64,000 bases of DNA, taken from the NCBI GenBank assembly GCA_050084515.1, contig CM114271.1:1860001-1924000 (forward strand), read 5' to 3'. The stretch is from Blasia pusilla (Eukaryota). The notes beneath the pieces are model-generated. The model had not been told where the DNA came from. It made no database searches and saw only the letters and a list, made by a program, of their open reading frames with translations. A program made the translations under genes and the position numbers. Positions 54,668-64,000 of the stretch are shown piece after piece. How positions within the stretch are numbered: the stretch's first letter is position 1; every line of letters begins with the position of its first letter.

Positions 54668-55519
54668 GACTACATATAACATGAGAGGATTTTTAAAATT
54701 GAAGCGGCAGTCTACGATACTTATATAGATTAATGAAGACTTCTCAAAATTATTAGTCATGTATATTACTATGGAGGGTGCCCTTACTATTTTCAATTTT
54801 TTCACTTGACATTCTCAATCAATTGTGTTTTGACTCATGTCTTTGGATAATTTAGAGTAATTTTTGGAGGCAGTCAAGTTGGGGGTTTGATATGGAATCC
54901 ATCATGTCAAGTTAGAGGTATGTCAAGATCAATGAGGACATGTAATCTGAATTTAAGTAACTCACAAGGATCAATGATAATTTTTTCCAAATACATCATA
55001 TGCCATCAAAGCCTTATAAGATCCCGCCTTATTGATGATAACTATGAGTCTAAAAACCTTCAATATTTTTTTTTCATGTTCATCATGTCACTATGTTGCC
55101 TTTTTTTTTCCCCTAATTGTATTATAATGAATATATGGATTTTTTCTTATATCCAAAATACTTCAAATTTGATCATATGAAGATATAAAAATTATTCAAG
55201 GATTTGCTTACTTTTTCATTTCTTGCATTTCTAAATATCATCTAAGACTTTCATACTAAAAATTTAATTTTATTGCCCGCTCTCATTTGTTGAAAATAAT
55301 TATTTGATGCAATCCTCCTTTTTTAACCTTTATATTTTTTGTCTTCTTGTCTTCCCCTATTAAAAAGATAGCCCAAAAGAAAAGATTCTAGAAAAATTAT
55401 GCAAAGTCCTCCTTTATAAGCAATTTTTTCTTTTCGTTCCCTAATAAAAAATAAAAGCCTCTTCATGAGAATATTGTGTGAAGTCCAATAAACCTAACAC
55501 AAGAAGAAGAAAATTGAAA

Positions 55520-56445
55520 AACGAGACACTTGGATTGGAAGAGAAAATATGTCTGCTTCATTGAGCATAGGGTTGCACACAGACAAAGTCCGTGGACTTA
55601 TGGGCATCCATAGGAAGGATATGTCCGTGTAGACCTGAGTACTCGCAACCCACACCCGAGCTTGCAGAGCCCGTAGCGTAGACCCAAGCTTGGACAACTT
55701 GGATCTACGCTACCGGATAGGTAGGCTCAAGGACGGGCTCTAATGCAGACCGCGTGTACGTGAGCAACATGTCCGTTTTCGTGTAACCTTGATTGAGCAT
55801 TGTATGGGTTGAAGCAAGGCCCCATGGTATAGTATCAAAAAATAAATACATTCTTCAGAGAAATGGGCCTCATCAACAATCCCTAAAAAAAGTATGTGTT
55901 TTGCAAAGATGTATATATATATATATATTTATTTTCCTTTATGTAGATGATCTTATCATCATAGGAGATCATCCTAAGAAAATAGAGGAAATGAAGGAAG
56001 TGTTGAAATTTGAGTTCAAAATATCATATCTAGATCTTTTGCAACATTTTGTTTGCCTCATGATTTGGAAATTGTTAGATTCTAATTTTCTTTCTCAAGA
56101 AAATTATTTAATAGAAATCTTAAAGGTATTTGAGATGACCAAGTATAAGGAAGTGGTTTTGCTGATGGAAAAAAAAATTGAAACTCTTAATGGAGGATGT
56201 TTCACCATTAGTAGATGAAAAGATATATAGAAGGCTAATGGGTAATTTGACATCATTTGTTTTTTGGATGCATTAAGTATTAATGATTATCATTAGCTTT
56301 ATGATAATCATGAAAAGGCAAGGATGAGTGTTTTAAAGTACGTGAAAGACATTATTGACTTTGGCATCATCTACAATGCAAAGACAAAGATGACAGGCTT
56401 TTGTGACTAAGATTGGGCAAGAGACTTTGATTGTAGGAGATCTGT
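55520..56445 (+). mobile_element. Ty1/Copia reverse transcriptase relic interrupted by a hAT MITE
   Basis: With the MITE removed it reads EKICLLH*ALYGLKQ; then FLYVDDLII, FLSQENY, YRRLMG and GFCD*DWA.D. Confidence 0.8.
55568..55791 (+). mobile_element. hAT-type MITE with perfect TSD
   Basis: Ends TAGGGTTGCA / TGTAACCTTG; ATTGAGCA at 55560-55567 and 55792-55799. Confidence 0.88.
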
Positions 56446-59400
56446 TAGCGCACTCTCGTATGTGGAGTTTCTCCATCTTCAAATTTCATCTAAGGCTTTG
56501 AAGCTCTACTATGAGCGCAGGGATGGATCAAGCCACTTTGTACTTCAAGATTTTTTTTAATATATTTCAATTATTTATGCACATTCTGTTTTCTTACAAG
56601 AAAGCACGAATGGAGAAAAAGTATTATAATCATGATGAGTGGATTCTTTTTAATACATTGTATAAATTTTTGAACTTATAATATCTCTTATGTTCTCATT
56701 CATTTAAGTGATAGTTAGTTGTGAGGGAGCATTTTGACTACTATTATACCATATTTCTTCTAGAAATTTTTTTAAAAGAAAAAACTAATCAAAAAATTTC
56801 TACTATAAACATAATTTAATACCATACTTAATTAATGTAGAAATATGGTTATTTTTTTTCTATTATTCATGGTGGCTTTTCTCATACTAATACATACAGA
56901 CCCATGTAAGTGATGAGTAAAATTTTTACAAAATATCTTAAGAAATGAAATTTTTTAAGAAAGAAGGATATAAAATGAATCTTATTCAATTACAAAGGTT
57001 TGAACTAAAGTGGAAAATTAAAGAGATCTTTACATTTGCAAAAAAGATCTCGCATGTTATCTTTAGGTTACTAGTGTAGGTTTCATTTTTATTTTTTGGA
57101 ATTTTTGGTATAATAATGGTACTTATGATGTAAATGAAAAGAGAAAAAGAAACATAGATTGAGAAGTTTTGGTCGTGAAAAATATTGTAAGAGTCTTATT
57201 GTTCTATCTCTGTTTGATAAGTTTTTTGTGAAGGGGAAATGATATAGGATGTGTGCAAGAAGTGGATGTGTAGATCTTGAGCTACCCCAATACTCAATAT
57301 TTAAGATATAGGAATTGAAATATTTGTGGAAACAATCATGACTAGCTAAATAAATATGTTTGCTACCCACACTATGTGATCCCAAATGGATTTGGAGCTC
57401 TCTCCTTGGGCCATCTACGACACAAGATCTATATTTTTCCATATGTCATGTTAAGTCCCTTGCACCATGAGATCTTCTTGTTGTCTTATTACATTCTCCC
57501 ACATCCTAAATTTTATCTTACATTACGTGGAGCCCCTTTTGTTCTTTATTCCATAGTGCTTAGTTTGGAATATCAACTTGCCACGTTGTTTCCTTATTTG
57601 GCCAGTACATCCTTAATGCATCTTTTCAAATTAGGATCAAGGAGAAAAGGATGGATGAGTGAAAAGGGATGAGAGAAAAGACACTTTTAATGAATGGGGA
57701 TGTGTTTTTAGTAGTTTTTACAAAGGGCAACAAGGAGAAGAGGCCTTATGAGTAAAAAGAGAGGAGAGAAAACGTACTCTAAATAAAAGGGGATGGATAA
57801 GGCATAAGCAAGGAGAGAAGATTTTAAAAGTCAAACCATATAAAAAATAAGAAAAGGTTGGTTTGATGAAAATAAATCCTAACCCTAAAAGATGAAACAA
57901 GAAAAATGGAGTTGACAATGTTGGAAAGATTTCCTCTTTTGACAATTTTTATCATCTCGTGTATTACAACAAAAGTAGTTTAAAGGCTCGTGCAAGGCAT
58001 TAAATCAAATTAATATAAAATATTTAATGAAATAATAAAGAGAGAAGTATGTAATTTAAAAAAAAGTCTTGATACAAAAATCTTATAAGAATCAATTATA
58101 AATTTAATATTTGAAAGAAACCTGACTTTCATAGAATGTTTTATATTCCTTAACCTTTAATGATATTAATAGTATTAATCAACTTATACCAAACTTCTAA
58201 TATGAAAGATATCTCTTACTTCTTAGGTTAAAATTTTGACTTATATATCTCCTTTCCTTTTAGGTAGATTTTTTATTTTATGCTTTTTTTTAATCTTTGC
58301 CCCCTCTGCAGATTTCCTATACTCACTGGCTTGAAAATGTCCATGATACATGACTTAAGACATCATATAGAAGAAAATAAAATTTATACTAATATTAATG
58401 TAGGCACGGTAGAAAGTCTCTACTATTGCGATATATCCTTCTTTTCAAAATCTAAAATTAAGTCTTGATAATTACTTATAAATTATATTTAATGAAAAAA
58501 CTTAACATAAAGACCTACTCACATAATTTTTTATCAACTTTTTAAATTTTATTAAATAATTTTTTTCATGATTTTTTTTTCTAAAATTGAATAATATATT
58601 TCATCACACAAGATTTTAAACTAGCAATCGAATTAAAATAATAAAATAAATAATAAGTTCTTCAAAGGGAAGAATCCAAGGTACTAGAGAGAAATTGAAT
58701 ATATCAACCTTCCGACCATGAATCATCATAAGATAAGTCTCTTGTAACTTCATGTGTGTAGTAGATGTTTCGTATAAAAATTTACAAGGTCTATATGAAA
58801 GTGGGATACAACCAAGAGAAAATAGTAATGCTCTTTCACATTTCCCAAAATTTGATTAATATCAAAGGAAAAAAACGTCAACTTCGTGTGTCTTATAATA
58901 ATACATTGTAGGAAATAGAATGTGTTATTGGATGGTTGTGTGAATCCATATTTGATTTGAAATTCCCATTAACCTCTAAAGGCTTGCAAGCAAGAAAATT
59001 GGCTTCCATGCACCATTTTTTTCCTATTAATTTCTTGTCCCTCAAGAAATCATGGAATTTTCTTATGCTAAAATTATCGAAGGAGTCCCCATTCTAGTTA
59101 TGTTCTCTAATTTCCAACCAAAATTGTTCTGCACTTACCTTTCTTGAATGTTGACCTGTCTAGAGTGTCTTAGGAGCTTGCATCAACAAGGCATACTCTT
59201 ATCACTAATCTCGACACAAGCACACTCATATTAACTAGAGTTTGAATTAGGCCAATCAACTTTGCATCTCCTAAGTTTGAGTCTTGGATCACCCCTTGAT
59301 CTAAAGGATCTTGATAAGGTCAAATATTGATCTTACCCCTTATTCCCCATCATAGATACAGTGAATCATTCATGACTTGGGAAAAAACTTCCTTGATAGT

Positions 59401-59709
59401 CCAAGGACTGGAAACGACGCTAGAGCATCTGCATGCTGGATGTCCCAACTATTCAATGAACCTCGAATGAGTCTCTAATCAAAACTCAATATTTTAGGAT
59501 CAGATTAAGGCCCGAGGTTAGGGTTTGGAATTGGACTTCTTGGACTTGGCTTGGTATCAAAATCCCAAAACCAATCTCTCAATCTATCTTGGGCCCTTGG
59601 TTCAATCCAAATGGTTCCTAGATGGGATTCAGGTTCCTTACTCTTGTGGAGACTCTTACTCCTTATATATAGTTCTAGAAAAAACTATCCCATCTTCCAA
59701 CCAATGAAT

Positions 59710-60916
59710 GAGGCTCTCGCTGATTTCTAGTAAAAAGAGGCCATCTAGATATAGATAGAAGCCATTCAAAGGAATCAAACTTGGACTTTGGTTGTGAAGC
59801 CAAAGGACACGAAGATAATTTGCACCAAGTGTGTGTACAAGACCAAATACAAGTGGGATGGAACTTTGGATAAATTCAAAGCAAGGTTGGTTGCACAAGG
59901 GTGTTAACAAATTTAAGGTTTTAACTAATATAATAATTTTGCTCCTATTGCAAGGATGAAAACTATTTGAATTAATCTAGATATGGGGGGAATAAGACAT
60001 TGGCATGTATACTAGTATAATTTTAAGTTTGCATTTTGTAACGAGAGTCTCAAGGAGGAGGTGTATGTATCTCAACCACCAGGTTTTGAAACATTTGGAT
60101 TATAAGAGAAAGTATGTCTACTTTATGGACCATTGTATAGGCTAAAGTGAGCCCTTGTATTATGGTATCAAAAAATAAATACATTCTTCAAAGAGATGGG
60201 CCTCATCAAGAGTCCATCAAAAGAAAATTGTTTGTATCTTGCAAATATGGTATGTATATGTTCAATGTTTTTTATGTGGGTGATCTTACCATCATAGAAA
60301 ATCATGGTAAGAAGATAGAGGAAATGAAGGAAGGGTTCAAATCTAAGTTTGAAATGTCATATCTAGGTTATTACTTTATTCGATCTTATAGCAAGGATGA
60401 AGATGATAGGATTTTGTGATTGCAATTGGATAGGAGACTTAGGTTATTAGAGATGTCGTGCCGAGTATTGCTTCTTGGTAGGATCAGGTATGGTATCATG
60501 GGCCCAGCAAGAAGCAACCTATAGTAGAAATTTATTCTATTGAGGTGAAGTACAAGGCGGCTTGTAATGTTTCATGTGAAGTAATATAGTTTAGATGGAT
60601 CTTGGAAAACAGAGAAGAAGCATTTGTGAGCGATAATGTAATGTGGTGTCATAATAAGAGTTGTATTTTCAGAACACATAACATTGTGTTTCATGCTCGT
60701 ACCATGCACATAGAGATCTAATCTCATTTTTTATGAACTGATCAAGAGAGAGGTCTTGCAATTAATAGTCGATTTTCTAACAAAGGATAATTGTGTAGAC
60801 ATCTTCACCAAGGCTTTGAGTGGAGATCAATTTCAGCCACATTTAAAGGGTCTTAGGTTTGGTTCAAGTCAGTAGTCTATCTAAGAGTGGATATTAAGGG
60901 TGGGGGGGGGGGGGGA
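59710..60916 (+). mobile_element. Ty1/Copia RT-RNase H relic with polypurine tract
   Basis: NQTWTLV...VYKTK...DKFKARLVAQG, EEVYVSQPPGF, FHARTMHIEI and DIFTKAL; G-rich PPT at about 60896-60916 followed by TGTTGG (LTR-like start at 60917). Confidence 0.85.
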
Positions 60917-62262
60917 TGTTGGATACTCAATATCCAATTTTTATTGTGCACCATTAATCTGAACGACCCCCTTATATCAAGAGAAGCCTAGATTGATAGT
61001 CTTGACTTAGACATAAAAAAAATCATAGTAATATGATGTATGTAGTTTCTGGAGTTGTGTTATTAAGATGATCTAACCCTCTCTTACATCAAGGTGTAGG
61101 GCATCCTAAAGCAAAAAAAAGGAATAGAAGAAAATTGGTCAAAATCCCTAATTTTTAAAGTGGTCATAAAGTTGACAAGCCACAATAGTAGCGCATTCTC
61201 ATATGTAAATTTATCTCTATGTTAGGTTCCATCGAAGCTCTATTATGAGCGCATAGACGAACTAGGCTACTTTGTTGTTTCAAAATTTGGTATACATTTG
61301 AATGATTTGTTCACATTGTGTTTTCTTACACAAATTCTGACTTACACTTGATTACTCTCCCTTTGGACAAGGAATATTCCTTCACAAAACCCTACTTTTG
61401 GAGATCTCCTTAAGAGTATCTTAAAATTGGATACTCAAGAGTTTGTGGACATGGGTTCTCACAAGCTCTTACTTAAGAATATGAGGGGTTGAACATGGCA
61501 AGTAAAGTAAAGTTTAGTGAATATCTGGATCAACCATTCTTATCATATAAAGTTAGATCAACTCAAAGTTGAGTGCTTATTTGAAATGGTTTGAGTATGA
61601 GTATAATATTTTTGTAGAAAATCTCGTGAAAGGTCTTTGTCTTATGCAGAGAAGAAACCATATGATATATCTTTGATTTGGGAGTGTATTATCTTAAGAA
61701 TGGGAATGCCAAAAAGTAGGTCTCTAAGTACAATTATGATGTCTATGTTGGGGTTGGTGATGAGACACCTAAACCACCAAGTGACAATGGAAAATCATTC
61801 ACACAATATTAGATGTTTCATGGAGTTGTATGACTTTGTTGTTTTATGTACAAGAATTGATTCAGGTAATAGAGGCATTTACCTACCAACACATGCTTGC
61901 CTCTTGGATGTCATCAAATTTTTCTTCTTGCATTCAGTGATAGTTTGGTTAGTAAATGCGAGCAAGTCAGTAAGGTTGGATGCCATAATGATGTATCTAT
62001 GTCATTCCACTACCATTTGAAAACTAGGATCTACAAGGTTGACATGTATTGAGTGTAGTATGGTGAAAGAAAACTGTGTATTATCCACGATATAAGGTTG
62101 CTCATATGTGCATGGGGGTTTGTTTTGTGTCTCGTCATGAGGGGTATGAGAGTTATGCAAATATGGATATTTTAGTTGGTAGTAACTTCCACAAGTGTGA
62201 ATGCTAGCTGTTAGTGTGGGGTTGCTTGGAAGTATGCGAGGCCTTCTAAGTTCTAGCACCAT

Positions 62263-62790
62263 TGTCACGTCCTTTAGGATAGATCGGTGAGATCTAGTAG
62301 AGCGCCTTCAAGAGTAGTGGAAGACATGCCTAGGAGTTCGAGGATGACCTGCTGAGGCCCCGGGAAACCTAAGAGAGCAGGTTTCCCCTTCGTTTTGGCT
62401 CATTTGGAGCCATATTGAGGAACTTACTAGTTTGGGTATGTACCATTTTGAGCATATGATCGACATTCTATTTTTGGTAAGTGGCCCTTGACCTCCTACA
62501 TCAGGTCAAGAGCCAAGGAGGTGACTTGGGAGAATAGGTTACCATGGAGAGAGCTTGGGAGAGGGGAGGGGTATATATTCCAAGGAGAGAGAGCTTGAGA
62601 GCTCATTCTCTCTTTGTTGAACCTCTTGGCATGAGGCGGCGGAGCTATGGTCCCTTGCCTTGTGAGTGTAACCCAAGCCTCTCATTAGGAGAGTGGGTTT
62701 GGTTTGATATGAGAGCGAGTGCACACCTTTGAGAGCTATGGTGTGAGATTGTGTAGAGAGAGATTAGATCTTATTTTACAAAGAGAGAAT
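62263..62790 (+). mobile_element. LTR-like segment (TGTCAC start), possibly Gypsy
   Basis: Starts TGTCACG; TATA-like GGGTATATATT at about 62569; two homologous fragments at 39.6-40.6 kb; 3' end not defined. Confidence 0.5.
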
Positions 62791-63354
62791 GAGAGAAAGA
62801 GAGAGCTTCATGGGGGAGCTCGCTGGTCACTCGATATTTTTGTAGGATGGGGACCGTGTTCCCCATCCAACGGCTCATGGGAATGCTCATGGGAGCAAGG
62901 GTTGCTTGGATTGTTCTTTGCATTTGCCGATTTTTTGTGTGGAAGAGTGGCGCGCGGAAGCGCTGCCCAATTTCTGATAGGGATTGAGTATGGGGGCGGG
63001 TTGCCCCATGCCGGTGCTTTCGGGAGCACCATGTCGCTTTCTGATTTGTATTTTTACAGGTTTTACATTTTTGTTGGGAGGAATCAACGCGAAAGCGCTG
63101 CCGAATTTTGTGTAGGAGAAAGAGACATTGGGCTTTACAACAATCCCTTTCAGTTTTTACTGGAATGTCTGATTGTAAATATTTTTTGATGTTGGCGTAG
63201 ATCGTAAAGTTGTGCACGCTGTGCAACAAACTATGTGCAATTTGGAGTTACGAGCAAAATGTTATGATCAATCTTGCAAAACTACCATTGCTAGGCGATT
63301 TTTAGGGTTAAATTGTGCAAACCCTAAACCAGCCGCCACCGCCGCCGTCGCCGT

Positions 63355-63480
63355 CATAGTCAACGGTCAACCATCACCAGCGATGGTCAACCATCACCAC
63401 CAATGGTCAACCATCACCTTCACCATTCGTCCGTCACCATCAATGGTCAACCGTCACCATCAATGGTCCACCGTCCGTTA
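63355..63480. repeat. About 21-bp degenerate tandem repeat (ATGGTCAACC(A/G)TCACCA)
   Basis: GGTCAACCRTCACC is repeated several times. Confidence 0.75.
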
Positions 63481-64000
63481 TCCACCCTTGGTTGCCATTG
63501 CCGCCGTTACGGAGTGGAGGGTCTTCCACAACGTTCGTTGATTATCGGACTTGCGTCGCCATCACGTACTTTGTTTTGGCAGCCACCATCATCAACCTGT
63601 GATGGCATATGACCTCCTATTATAGTGTTTGAGTTTTGATTTCATGCTGCTATATTGTGATTGGTAGCCGCTCAACGACGATCGAGTACCGTGCCGTGAC
63701 GCCCGTAGCTGCAACGCGTCGCCGATTGCCGCGCCGTGCCGCTCGTGGCCGCATTGCACCATCTTGATCGTGGAGCCACTCCGGCATTGTGGAGCAGAGT
63801 GTGGGTTTATTGTTGATTGAGGAGGGTATGCCGCCGAGTGCCGCATCCCATCATCGATGGCCGTGCCGTTCGTAGTCGTTTCGTGCCGCCTGCAACGCCG
63901 CATCGTTCCGCTGGAACCGCACTGTCTATCGAGGAGTTTTGAGCAACATCAGCATGGGAGGAGCATGACTTGCTGATTGGAGGAGTTGTCTCCACGACCG

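Noticed and set aside
61640..62260. Possible second CACTA coding relic
   Set aside because: Only vague resemblance; no clean motif.

Overview
Eukaryotic plant genomic DNA; probably a non-seed plant such as a bryophyte, but the taxon is my inference and cannot be proven from this window. About 50 kb is AT-rich decayed transposon sequence surrounding a roughly 10 kb low-copy island (about 20.6-30.4 kb). The island holds the only clear host gene, a two-exon BAHD acyltransferase on the minus strand (26997-24883) with the conserved Q-intron, HQVAD and DFGLG motifs and a single 1-nt frameshift. Transposons recognised: a large MULE-like element (1-8025) whose non-coding parts are filled with a GCGGCTA motif; a hAT-type MITE family (TIR about CA(A/T)GGTTGCA, 8-bp TSDs readable at six insertions); a three-level nest at 14719-18583 whose core is an unclassified DNA transposon (TIR about CTYGGGGG, TSD TCCAGGTT) with a 240-aa ORF and a tRNA-like fold; two CRE-like RLE non-LTR elements; an RTEX-like LINE in a (GA)n tract; a CACTA transposase relic; two Copia pol relics; LTR-like repeats; and several non-autonomous Helitrons. 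I found no CRISPR array, rRNA or canonical tRNA. All family assignments come from motifs recognised by eye, without database searches.
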